Shown here: in pieces, positions 48,962 to 57,921 of the stretch
Numbering within the stretch: position 1 is the first letter of the stretch
How the letters are laid out: the number at the start of each line of letters is the position of its first letter
Assembly: GCA_041396685.1 (NCBI GenBank)
Contig: JAWKYD010000024.1
Span: 10,308 to 74,307, forward strand
Source of the DNA: Burkholderiaceae bacterium
GTDB lineage: Bacteria; Pseudomonadota; Gammaproteobacteria; Burkholderiales; Burkholderiaceae_E
Direction: 5' to 3'
DNA length: 64,000 bases
Program-made: the position numbers and the translations under genes
The notes under the pieces: model-generated
The model's input: only the letters and a program-made list of their open reading frames with translations
What the model was told of the DNA's origin: nothing
Database searches by the model: none

Positions 48962-49378
48962 ATGGAATTCGTCCGCAGCTACCTGATTCGATTTGCTCAT
49001 TGCGATCCGGCCGGGATCGTCTTCTATCCGCGCTACTTCGGCCTGTTCAACGACCACGTCGAAGATTGGTTCAACGAGGCCCTCGGTGCCGACTTCGCGG
49101 CGCTGCATCGCGACCGCCACCTCGGCGTGCCGACCGTGCACATCGAGTGCGACTTCGCGAATCCGACCTATCAAGGCGAGACGCTCGATCTGGCGCTGCA
49201 GGTCGAACGCATCGGACGGGCATCGGTGACGCTCGTGCGCCAGGCCCGCTGCGGTGACGACGTGCGCGTACGGATGCGTCAGGTGCTGGCCTGTGTGAGC
49301 ATGGAGGGCAACCGTGCGCTGCCCTGGCCCGACGACCTGCGCAGCGCAATGGCCGGCTTTCTGGTCGGCCCCGAATGA
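48962..49378 (+). CDS. Acyl-CoA thioesterase (4HBT / YbgC-like hotdog fold)
   Basis: IRFAHCDPAGIVFYPRYFGLFNDHVEDWF is the 4HBT catalytic Asp region. Product is 138 aa. Confidence 0.8.
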   Translation: MEFVRSYLIRFAHCDPAGIVFYPRYFGLFNDHVEDWFNEALGADFAALHRDRHLGVPTVHIECDFANPTYQGETLDLALQVERIGRASVTLVRQARCGDDVRVRMRQVLACVSMEGNRALPWPDDLRSAMAGFLVGPE

Positions 49379-49478
49379 TCGATCCGCCGGTCCGCCGCAA
49401 TGTCGCTCCACCTGCACCGGAGCGCGTCATCGACGGACACGGCGGGCGCAACCCAGGTAACGAATCGGAGACTCATCA

Positions 49479-49889
49479 GTGAACATCCTGCAACCCCCGG
49501 GCTGGGCCAAGCCCAAGGGCTACAGCAACGGCATCGCCGCGCGCGGCACCTTGATATCGGTTGCCGGCCAGATCGGCTGGACCGCCGAGTGCAAATTCGA
49601 ACGACACGATTTCGCGGGTCAGGCCGAGCAGGCCCTGCGCAATATCGTGGCGGTGTTGGCGGAGGCCGGCGCGCGGCCCGAGCACATCGTACGCATGACC
49701 TGGTACGTCACCGACAAGCAGCAGTATCTCGGCGCGGGACGCGAGCTCGGTCAGGCCTATCGCTCACTGATGCAGGGCGCCGACGGCAAGACCCACTATC
49801 CGGCCATGACGGCGGTCGAGGTCAATGCGTTGATCGAGGACGAGGCACTGGTGGAGATCGAGGTCACCGCCGTGCTGCCGGACGCCTGA
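49479..49889 (+). CDS. RidA family protein (enamine/imine deaminase-like)
   Basis: YSNGIAA...[25 protein letters not shown]-type block, and [10 protein letters not shown] at the C-terminus. The GTG start is preceded by CGGAG. Confidence 0.85.
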   Translation: MNILQPPGWAKPKGYSNGIAARGTLISVAGQIGWTAECKFERHDFAGQAEQALRNIVAVLAEAGARPEHIVRMTWYVTDKQQYLGAGRELGQAYRSLMQGADGKTHYPAMTAVEVNALIEDEALVEIEVTAVLPDA

Positions 49890-50011
49890 CGACGGCGACG
49901 GCCGGCCCGGCGAACGCCGTGCCCGTGGACTGTGTGCGGGGCGTGAGAGCAGGCCCCGCCCAATTGATCGATAATCGACGACCGACCGAATTCAGACAAG
50001 GAGCCGACACC

Positions 50012-51217
50012 ATGGCAAGCCCCGCAGGCGGCAAACCGGTTTTCAAGTGGGAAGACCCGTTGCTGCTGGACGATCAGCTCACCGAAGACGAGCGAATGGT
50101 GCGCGATGCCGCGCACGACTATTGCCAGGGCAGGCTGTCGCCGCGTGTACTGGAAGCGTTTCGCCATGAAAAGTGCGATCCGGAGATCTTTCCCGAGATG
50201 GGCGCACTCGGCCTGCTCGGGCCGACCATTCCCGAGCAATACGGCGGCCCGGGCCTGAATTACGTCAGCTACGGCCTGATCGCACGTGAAGTGGAGCGGG
50301 TCGACTCGGGCTACCGATCGATGATGAGCGTGCAAAGCTCGCTGGTCATGGTTCCGATCTACGAGTTCGGATCCGAGGAGCAGCGCCGCAAGTATCTGCC
50401 CCGGCTCGCGAGCGGGGAATGGATCGGCTGTTTCGGCCTGACCGAGCCCAATCACGGTTCGGACCCCGGCTCGATGGACACCCGCGCGCGTGCGGTCGAC
50501 GGCGGCTACGTGCTGACCGGCTCGAAGATGTGGATCTCGAACTCACCGATCGCCGACGTGTTCGTGGTCTGGGCAAAGTGCCAGGGCGGCGATCACGACG
50601 GCCGAATCAAGGGCTTCATCCTCGAGAAGGACATGAAGGGCCTTTCGGCGCCGGCCATTCACGGCAAGTTCGGCCTGCGCGCCTCCATCACGGGCGAAAT
50701 CGTCATGGACGGTGTCGAGGTGTCCGAAGCCCAGCTGATGCCCGGCGTCGCCGGTCTGAAAGGACCGTTCACCTGCCTGAACTCGGCCCGTTACGGCATC
50801 GCCTGGGGAGCGCTCGGCGCGGCCGAAACCTGTTGGCACACGGCGCGCCAGTATGTGCTGGACCGCAAGCAGTTCGGCCGCCCGCTGGCGGCAAATCAGC
50901 TGATTCAGAAGAAGCTCGCCGACATGCAGACCGAGATCACACTCGGCCTGCAGGGCTGCCTGCGCCTGGGGCGCCTGAAGGACGAGGGCAAGGCGGCGGT
51001 CGAGATCACCTCGATCATGAAGCGCAACTCCTGCGGCAAGGCCCTCGAGGTGGCCCGGCTCGCGCGTGACATGCTGGGCGGCAACGGCATCAGCGACGAA
51101 TTCGGCGTGATTCGGCACATGGTGAACCTCGAGGTGGTCAACACCTACGAGGGTACGCACGATGTGCACGCGCTGATCCTGGGTCGCGCGCAAACCGGCA
51201 TCCAGGCCTTTTCCTGA
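50012..51217 (+). CDS. gcdH: Glutaryl-CoA dehydrogenase
   Basis: [35 protein letters not shown], and [14 protein letters not shown] is the GCDH-specific C-terminal block. AAGGAG precedes the ATG. Confidence 0.92.
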   Translation: MASPAGGKPVFKWEDPLLLDDQLTEDERMVRDAAHDYCQGRLSPRVLEAFRHEKCDPEIFPEMGALGLLGPTIPEQYGGPGLNYVSYGLIAREVERVDSGYRSMMSVQSSLVMVPIYEFGSEEQRRKYLPRLASGEWIGCFGLTEPNHGSDPGSMDTRARAVDGGYVLTGSKMWISNSPIADVFVVWAKCQGGDHDGRIKGFILEKDMKGLSAPAIHGKFGLRASITGEIVMDGVEVSEAQLMPGVAGLKGPFTCLNSARYGIAWGALGAAETCWHTARQYVLDRKQFGRPLAANQLIQKKLADMQTEITLGLQGCLRLGRLKDEGKAAVEITSIMKRNSCGKALEVARLARDMLGGNGISDEFGVIRHMVNLEVVNTYEGTHDVHALILGRAQTGIQAFS

Positions 51218-51276
51218 ACCCCTCGTCGTCACTGCGCGCCGGCGGCCAGGGGCGCTATTTCTCGCACGACCAGATC

Positions 51277-52719
51277 ATGGCGGTGCTGCCGGGCCTCGTG
51301 CTCGGCATGTTCCTGGCCGCCCTCGACCAAACGATCGTCTCGATCGCTCTGTACACGATCGCGCGCGATCTGCACGGCGAGGCGCTCATGCCGTGGGTCG
51401 TCTCCGGCTACCTGATCGTCGCCACGGTTGCCACGCCGGTCTACGGGAAATTGTCGGATCTGTACGGCCGCTGGCCGGTTTTGTCGACCGCGATCGGCAT
51501 CTATCTGGCGGCGTCGTTGGCCAGCACCCTGGCGCAGTCGATGCCCCAGTTGCTGGCCTTCCGTCTGATCCAGGGTCTCGGCGGCGGCGGTTTGATCGTG
51601 CTGGTGCAGACGATCGTCGCGGACATCGTCGAGCGCCGTCATCGCGGTCGCTACCAGGCATGGCTGTCCGGTGCGTTCGCGGTGGCGGCGGTGACCGGAC
51701 CGATCGTCGGCGGCGTGCTGGCGCAGTACGTCAGTTGGCGGGCGGTGTTCGTCCTCAACCTGCCGCTGGGCCTTCTCGCGTGGTGGAATCTGCGCCGCGG
51801 CCTGCGATCGTTGCCACGCGGGCGGCCTGGCAAGCCCGTCGATTTCCTGGGCGCGGCCTTGCTTGCCGTGGTGTTGACGTCCTTCATGCTCGCGCTGCTT
51901 TCCATCGGCCGCGGCCAGGGGCCGTTCGAGTCCGGACCAATGACCGGACTCGTCGTCTCCCTGCTGGCAGCGCTCGCCCTGGCCCAGCGTGAGCGCCTTG
52001 CGCCCGACCCCCTGTTGCCACCGCAGTTGTTTCGCAATCGCACGGTGATGCTTTGCTGCGCGATTCTCGGTGCGAATTTCTTCGTGCTCTACGGTGGCCA
52101 GATCCTCGCCCCCTTGGCCCTGCAGACCGTCGGCGGCCTGCCGGCGGGCCGGGTTGCCGTGACGATGCTGCCACTGACGCTGGGTGTGCCGGTGGGCTCC
52201 TACATCAGCGGCAAGGTCATGCTCGGCGCGATGCGGCAACGTCTGCTGCTCGGCATCGGCTCGACGATGTCGACCGCGGGCGCGGCCATGCTGGCCACCA
52301 TCACGCTCGCCCCCGGCTGGCCCGTGGCGCTCGCGCTGGTCCTGACCGGCCTGGGCATCGGCATGTGCATCCCCGCCACCATGGTCGCCGTCCAGTGGGC
52401 CGTACCCGCCGAACAAATCGGCATCGCCACGGCCGTATCCGGCGTGTTTCGAACGCTTGGCGGAGCGCTCGGCATTGCCGCATTGAGCGCCGTGCTGTTC
52501 GCGGTGCTGGCCAGCGGCGGTGTCGATGGCGCCCTGCGTGATCAGGACGCCGCACTGCGCCTGGCCGAGATCTCACCGGACGTGCTGCACGGTGGTTTTC
52601 AGCGCGCGTTCGCGCTGGCCGCGGCACTGGCCGTGATCGCCGCGATTTTGTCGCGCTGGCTCGACCCCACGACCGCCCACGAGCCGGCCCAGGGCGACCA
52701 GGGCCGCTCGCCGGGCTGA
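51277..52719 (+). CDS. MFS transporter, DHA2 (14-TMS, EmrB/QacA-like) family
   Basis: LDQTIVSIAL, motif A-like GKLSDLYGRWPV, and about 14 hydrophobic segments. The start could lie slightly upstream at a non-ATG codon. Confidence 0.85.
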   Translation: MAVLPGLVLGMFLAALDQTIVSIALYTIARDLHGEALMPWVVSGYLIVATVATPVYGKLSDLYGRWPVLSTAIGIYLAASLASTLAQSMPQLLAFRLIQGLGGGGLIVLVQTIVADIVERRHRGRYQAWLSGAFAVAAVTGPIVGGVLAQYVSWRAVFVLNLPLGLLAWWNLRRGLRSLPRGRPGKPVDFLGAALLAVVLTSFMLALLSIGRGQGPFESGPMTGLVVSLLAALALAQRERLAPDPLLPPQLFRNRTVMLCCAILGANFFVLYGGQILAPLALQTVGGLPAGRVAVTMLPLTLGVPVGSYISGKVMLGAMRQRLLLGIGSTMSTAGAAMLATITLAPGWPVALALVLTGLGIGMCIPATMVAVQWAVPAEQIGIATAVSGVFRTLGGALGIAALSAVLFAVLASGGVDGALRDQDAALRLAEISPDVLHGGFQRAFALAAALAVIAAILSRWLDPTTAHEPAQGDQGRSPG

Positions 52720-52740
52720 TGGTCAACGGTTGGCCCGCAT

Positions 52741-52884
52741 GTCTCACCGATTCGCGTACTGATCGCGACGTGAATCGATTTCAAAGCGGATGTCGAGAAG
52801 GCGCCCAGACTGGCTGTCTGGGCAGCTGAGCGGAATTCGCTTCGGGATCAAGGCACCAGACGAGCAAGCGTGAATCGGTGAGAC
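52741..52884. repeat. Long-range inverted repeat enclosing a ~118-bp segment with an internal hairpin (structured intergenic element)
   Basis: GTCTCACCGATTC at 52741-52753 is the perfect reverse complement of GAATCGGTGAGAC at 52872-52884. It extends to 17 of 19 matching positions. The internal hairpin is GCCCAGAC-TGGCT-GTCTGGGC at 52803-52823. CGTGAATCG occurs twice. Confidence 0.6.
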
Positions 52885-52927
52885 AGGCGGGTTAGGATTG
52901 ACGAATCCGATCCCGACGGAGAAGCGC

Positions 52928-54205
52928 ATGCTGCTGGGCTGCATCGCCGACGATTTCACCGGCGCCACCGATCTCGCCAACAACCTGGTGCGCGCCGGCA
53001 TGCGCACGGTCCAGACCATCGGTGTGCCCCTTGACGCGCGGGTGCCCGATGCCGACGCCGTCGTGGTCGCACTGAAATCGCGCACGACGCCGGCCAACGA
53101 GGCCGTCACCGATTCTCTGGCAGCGCTCGATTGGCTGCGAGCGAACGGTTGCCGGCAGTTCTACTTCAAGTATTGCTCGACCTTCGACTCCACCGATGCC
53201 GGCAACATCGGTCCGGTGACCGAGGCATTGATGCGCGCGCTCGGGTCCGACTTCACCATCGCCTGCCCGGCGTTTCCTGCGGCCGGCCGCACCATCTACC
53301 GCGGCCACCTTTTCGTGGGTGACGTGCCGTTGTCCGAGTCGGGCATGCAGAATCATCCGCTCACGCCGATGACGGATGCCAATCTCGTGCGCGTACTGGG
53401 GCGCCAGATGCGCGAGAAGGTCGGCCTGATCGCGTACGACCGACTGGCGGCCGGCGTGGCGGCGACGCGCGCGCGCATCGCCGAGTTGCGCGCGCACGGC
53501 GTGCGCGCGGCGATCGCCGACGCATTGCACGACGGCGATCTCATGGTGCTCGGCGAGGCCTGTGCCGACCTCACACTGGTCACGGCCGGCTCGGGGCTGG
53601 CCATCGGCCTGCCGCAGAACTTCCGTGCCCGGGGTTTGTTGTCGGACTCGGTTCGCGCCGACGCGATGCCGGCCGTCGCCGGTCCCGCGCTGGTGCTGGC
53701 CGGTAGCTGTTCGCAGACCACCTTGAGCCAGGTCGCCGACTTCGAGCGCGCTCATCCGGCGATTCGCCTCGACCCGCTTACCCTTGTCGAACGTCCCGCC
53801 GAAACGGTGCAGGCGGCGATCGCGTTCGCCCGCGATGCCCAGAATCGCGGCGCGGTGCCGATGATCTACGCCAGCGCCGCGCCCGAGGCGGTCCGTGATG
53901 CACAGACCCGGCTGGGCCAGGCACGCGCCGGCGCGGCGGTGGAAGAGGCGATGGCACACTGCGCGCTGGCGATGCGCGACGCCGGGACGCGTCGCTTCGT
54001 GGTGGCCGGCGGCGAGACCTCCGGCGCGGTGGTCAAGGCGCTTCAGGTGCAGGCATTGCGCATCGGCCCGCAGATCGACCCAGGTGTTCCCTGGACGGAG
54101 TCGCTGGGCGAACCGTCGCTGGCAATCGCCCTCAAATCGGGCAACTTCGGCGCGGTGGACTTCTTCGCCAAGGCGCTGGCGATGCTGGACGAGCCCCGCG
54201 CATGA
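52928..54205 (+). CDS. otnK: Four-carbon acid-sugar kinase (3-oxo-tetronate kinase, DUF1537 family)
   Basis: LGCIADDFTGATDLANNLV, FKYCSTFDST, and GGETSGAVVKAL. GGAG lies 7 nt before the ATG at 52928. Confidence 0.85.
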   Translation: MLLGCIADDFTGATDLANNLVRAGMRTVQTIGVPLDARVPDADAVVVALKSRTTPANEAVTDSLAALDWLRANGCRQFYFKYCSTFDSTDAGNIGPVTEALMRALGSDFTIACPAFPAAGRTIYRGHLFVGDVPLSESGMQNHPLTPMTDANLVRVLGRQMREKVGLIAYDRLAAGVAATRARIAELRAHGVRAAIADALHDGDLMVLGEACADLTLVTAGSGLAIGLPQNFRARGLLSDSVRADAMPAVAGPALVLAGSCSQTTLSQVADFERAHPAIRLDPLTLVERPAETVQAAIAFARDAQNRGAVPMIYASAAPEAVRDAQTRLGQARAGAAVEEAMAHCALAMRDAGTRRFVVAGGETSGAVVKALQVQALRIGPQIDPGVPWTESLGEPSLAIALKSGNFGAVDFFAKALAMLDEPRA

Positions 54206-54855
54206 GTCATGTCAACACGCACGCCGATGTCAATCGGGCCCGCGAGGCCATCTGTGAGATCGGTCGCTCGCTGTTCGAGAGGGGTTACACCCATGGTTCG
54301 ACTGGCAATATCAGCGTGCGCCACGGTGACGGCTACCTGATGACCCCCACCGGTGCGAGCCTCGGTCGCCTCGATCCGGCCCGCCTGTCGTGGCTGGACG
54401 AGCGCGGGCGTCACATCGAGGGCGACAAACCCACCAAAGAGTCGTTCCTGCACACCGCCGTCTACGAACGGCGCGCCGCCGACGGCGCGGTCATTCACCT
54501 GCATGCCACGCACTCGACGGCGGTTTCCATCTTGGCCGATGTCGATCCGGACGACGTCCTGCCGCCCCTGACGGCGTACTACGTGATGCGGGTGGGCAAG
54601 CTGCCGTTGATCCCGTATTTCGCCCCCGGAGACATCGCCCTGGCCGAGGCCGTGCGCGAGCGCGCGGGCAGCCATCGTGCGGTGCTGCTCGCCAATCACG
54701 GGCCGGTCGTGGCCGGCACCGATCTGGCGGCCGCCTGCGACGCCATCGAGGAGTTGGAGGCGACCTCCCGTCTCTACCTGTTGCTGCGCGGCGCGCCCCT
54801 TCGACTTCTCGATGATTCGCAGGTTCGCGTGTTGCGACAACGGTTTGGCGCCTGA
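54202..54855 (+). CDS. otnC: Class II aldolase/adducin-family decarboxylase (3-oxo-tetronate 4-phosphate decarboxylase-like)
   Basis: GSTGNISVR...LMTPTGASLG...H.H and ANHGPVVAG. The start overlaps the otnK stop (ATGA). Confidence 0.82.
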   Translation: MSHVNTHADVNRAREAICEIGRSLFERGYTHGSTGNISVRHGDGYLMTPTGASLGRLDPARLSWLDERGRHIEGDKPTKESFLHTAVYERRAADGAVIHLHATHSTAVSILADVDPDDVLPPLTAYYVMRVGKLPLIPYFAPGDIALAEAVRERAGSHRAVLLANHGPVVAGTDLAAACDAIEELEATSRLYLLLRGAPLRLLDDSQVRVLRQRFGA

Positions 54856-55031
54856 ATTCGTTGTGTGGTCTCGTCCGGGGCCGAGCGTGCCGGTGCTCGT
54901 TGCCGCGGCCTCGTCCCCCGGTTGCCGAAACTTTGCGCAGTGCCGAGTTTGCGGTAACCTGCGACGCACTCGTGCGCGCAGGGACGCGTCGATTTGACTC
55001 GCGGTGTCGCGCCGCCTCAGGAGGAGAAACC

Positions 55032-56060
55032 ATGAAAACCACCATGCGCCGTCTGGCCGTTTCCGCCGTCGTTGCCGCCGGCCTGACCGGCGCGGCTCAC
55101 GCCGAGACAGTGCTCACCTATTCGACCTGGGTGCCGCTGACCCATCCGATCAACGTTCATCTGTATTTCCCGTGGATGGACGCCGTCGAAAAAGAAAGCA
55201 ACGGTCGCATCAAGTTCCGCAAGCTGCCCAAGCCCGTCGCATCGCCGCCCGCCCACCTCGACGCGATCCGCACGGGCCAGGCCGACCTCGCCTTCAGTGT
55301 GCACGGGTATACGCCGCAGCGCTTCGCGGCCTACCTGTTCGCCGAACTGCCGATGCTCGGCGATACCGGTGAGGGCACGTCCGTCGCGCTGCAGCGCGTG
55401 CACGACCGTTATCTTGCCGACAAGGGTTTCTACAAGGGCGTTCATCTGATCGGCATGAATACCCACGGCCCGGGCCTGATCCACCATCGCACCAAGCACA
55501 TCATGTCGCCGGCCGATATGGCAGGCCAGAAGATGCGTACCGGCGGCCCGATCCCGCAGAAGATCGTCGAGGCCTGGGGCGGCGTATCGGTGCGCCAGCC
55601 GGCGCCCAAGTCGTACGAGATCCTCTCGACCGGCATTGCCGACGGCGTGACCTTCCCCTACGAGTCGCTCGACAGCTTCAAGATCACCAAGCTGGTGCCG
55701 TTTTCCACCTACGTTCCCGGTGGTCTGTACTCGTCGAGTCACTACCTGATCATGAACGAGGCCAAGTACAAGAGCCTGCCGGCCGAGGACAAGGCCATCA
55801 TCGACAAACACTCCGGCGAAGCCTATGCGCGCCAGGCCGGCGCCGCCTGGGACAAGATCAACGACATGGGCAAGGAGCAGGTCATCGCTGCCGGCAACAG
55901 CATCAAGACCGCGCCCCAGGCCATGGTCGACGCGGTACTCGAGCTGAACAAGAAGTTCGAGGCCGAGTATGTCGAGAGTGCCAAGTCGGTCGGCGTCGAT
56001 GGCGCCAAGGTGCTGACGGCTTTCCGCGCCGAGGTCGCGCGCCAGGCCATGGGCAAATAA
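55032..56060 (+). CDS. TRAP transporter substrate-binding protein (DctP family)
   Basis: Signal peptide MKTTMRRLAVSAVVAAGLTGAAHA. AGGAGGA is the RBS. The gene is followed by the DctQ and DctM genes. Confidence 0.85.
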   Translation: MKTTMRRLAVSAVVAAGLTGAAHAETVLTYSTWVPLTHPINVHLYFPWMDAVEKESNGRIKFRKLPKPVASPPAHLDAIRTGQADLAFSVHGYTPQRFAAYLFAELPMLGDTGEGTSVALQRVHDRYLADKGFYKGVHLIGMNTHGPGLIHHRTKHIMSPADMAGQKMRTGGPIPQKIVEAWGGVSVRQPAPKSYEILSTGIADGVTFPYESLDSFKITKLVPFSTYVPGGLYSSSHYLIMNEAKYKSLPAEDKAIIDKHSGEAYARQAGAAWDKINDMGKEQVIAAGNSIKTAPQAMVDAVLELNKKFEAEYVESAKSVGVDGAKVLTAFRAEVARQAMGK

Positions 56061-56067
56061 AGGCCGT

Positions 56068-56589
56068 ATGCCCGTGACCGCCGCCAATCAGGGCCTGCTG
56101 GCCCGGCTCGCGCAATGGCCGAGCCGGGTGCTCGCGGTGATCGCCTGCATCGTGCTGTTCGCGCTGATGCTGCTGACCTTCGTCGACGTGCTCGGCCGCA
56201 ACGCGTTCGCACAGCCGGTGCCGGCAGGCTATGAGCTGGTGTCGTTCCTGATGCCGTTCATCATTTTCTGCGCCCTGCCCTACGTCAATTTCACCGGCGG
56301 GCATGTCACGATCGACCTCCTCGACAGCCTGGTACCGGGTTTCGCGCGCAGGGCCCAGCATCTCATCGTGCATGCAATCTCCGCGGCGGCACTCGGCTTC
56401 ATGGCCTGGCGCCTCTACGAACGATCGATGGATCATCTCGAGTTCGGCGAAGTCACGGTCGAGCTTTATCTGCCGATGTGGCCGTTCAGTACCGCAATGG
56501 CACTACTGGCCGCGATCTCGGCCCTGGTGATGCTCGTTGCTGGTTTGTTGCCGCCCAACACCGATCATCCGATTCCCCTCGACGCCTGA
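56068..56589 (+). CDS. TRAP transporter small permease (DctQ family)
   Basis: About 173 aa with four TM segments, positioned between the DctP-like and DctM-like genes. Confidence 0.85.
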   Translation: MPVTAANQGLLARLAQWPSRVLAVIACIVLFALMLLTFVDVLGRNAFAQPVPAGYELVSFLMPFIIFCALPYVNFTGGHVTIDLLDSLVPGFARRAQHLIVHAISAAALGFMAWRLYERSMDHLEFGEVTVELYLPMWPFSTAMALLAAISALVMLVAGLLPPNTDHPIPLDA

Positions 56590-56628
56590 CCTCGACGGCC
56601 CGGTGCTCTCAGACACTTCCCGGCGCTC

Positions 56629-57921
56629 ATGACTGAAGCCCTGATCGGCCTGGCGGCCGTCCTCGTCCTGTCGTTCCTGCGCATTCCGGTCGCCATCGCC
56701 ATGGGCATCGCCGGCTACATCGGCATGGCCCACGTCATCGGCGCCGGCGGGGCCATGGCCAATGTCGGCCAGACCGCGTTCGATGCGGCCGTCAACTACG
56801 AGTTGTCGGTGGTGCCGCTGTTCGTGCTGATGGGCAACTTCGTCGCGCGGGCACGACTGTCCGAAGAACTCTACAACGCGTCCTATTCGTTTCTCGGCCA
56901 TCGCAAGGGCGGGCTCGCGATGGCCACCGTGGTGGCCTGCGGCGGTTTCTCGGCCATATGCGGCTCGTCGCTCGCGACCGCCGCGACGATGTCCAAGGTG
57001 GCCATTCCGTCGATGCGCCGCTTCGGCTATGCCGACGATCTGGCCGCCGGCTCCATCGCCGCCGGTGGCACCTTGGGCATCCTCATTCCCCCGAGCGTGC
57101 TTTTGGTCATCTACGGCATCCTGACCCAGACCAACATCGGGAAGCTGTTCGCCGCCGGTGTCGTGCCAGGCATCGTCGCGATTCTGTTCTACCTTCTGGC
57201 GGTTCGCGCAGTGGTTGCCCTGCGCCCGCAGGCAGGACCGGCCGGCGAACGGGCGACGAACCGGGAGCGCGTGCAGGCATTGTCGCGCGTGTGGGGCGTG
57301 CTGATGCTGTTCCTGCTGGTCATGGGCGGTATCTACGGCGGCTTCTTCAGCCCCACCGAAGCCGCCGGCATCGGCGCCTTCGGCGCGTTTCTGTTCGCGT
57401 GGGCGCGCAAGGCGCTGACCTGGCGCGTTCTCTACGAGATTTTGCTCGAGAGCGCCGGTACGACGGCCATGTTGTTCACCGTACTGATCGGCGCGCTGCT
57501 GTTTGCCAACTTCGTGAACCTGACCGAGTTCCCGAGTGCCCTGCTCGGCCTGGCCGCGCAATACAGCGACACACCGTGGCTGGTGATCGTCGCGATTCTC
57601 GTCATCTACGTGGCTCTCGGCTGCGTCTTCGAGAGCCTGTCGATGATCCTGTTGACCGTGCCGATCTTTTTCCCGCTCGTGACGGCGCTCGGCTACGACG
57701 CGATCTGGTTTGGCATCGTGGTCGTGGTGATCACGGAGATCAGCCTGATCACGCCGCCCGTGGGGCTCAACGTCTTCGTGCTGCGTGGCGTGCTGCCCGA
57801 CGTGTCCACCGGCACGATTTTCAAGGGCGTGACCCCGTTCTGGATTGCCGATCTGTTCCGGCTGGCGGTGATCGTCGGCATCCCGGCGCTTTCGTTGTGG
57901 CTGCCGCAGTTCGTCAAGTAG
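56629..57921 (+). CDS. TRAP transporter large permease (DctM family)
   Basis: 430 aa and 12 or more TM segments. The family-typical blocks GGFSAICGSSLATAATM and ITPPVGLNVF are present. Confidence 0.9.
   Translation: MTEALIGLAAVLVLSFLRIPVAIAMGIAGYIGMAHVIGAGGAMANVGQTAFDAAVNYELSVVPLFVLMGNFVARARLSEELYNASYSFLGHRKGGLAMATVVACGGFSAICGSSLATAATMSKVAIPSMRRFGYADDLAAGSIAAGGTLGILIPPSVLLVIYGILTQTNIGKLFAAGVVPGIVAILFYLLAVRAVVALRPQAGPAGERATNRERVQALSRVWGVLMLFLLVMGGIYGGFFSPTEAAGIGAFGAFLFAWARKALTWRVLYEILLESAGTTAMLFTVLIGALLFANFVNLTEFPSALLGLAAQYSDTPWLVIVAILVIYVALGCVFESLSMILLTVPIFFPLVTALGYDAIWFGIVVVVITEISLITPPVGLNVFVLRGVLPDVSTGTIFKGVTPFWIADLFRLAVIVGIPALSLWLPQFVK

Noticed and set aside
52851-52866. AGGCAC-N5-GAGCA, a sigma-54-like spacing upstream of otnK.
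   Set aside because: GG and GC are correctly spaced, but three consensus positions are mismatched, including both T's of the -12 element. This is too weak to call without experimental or comparative support.
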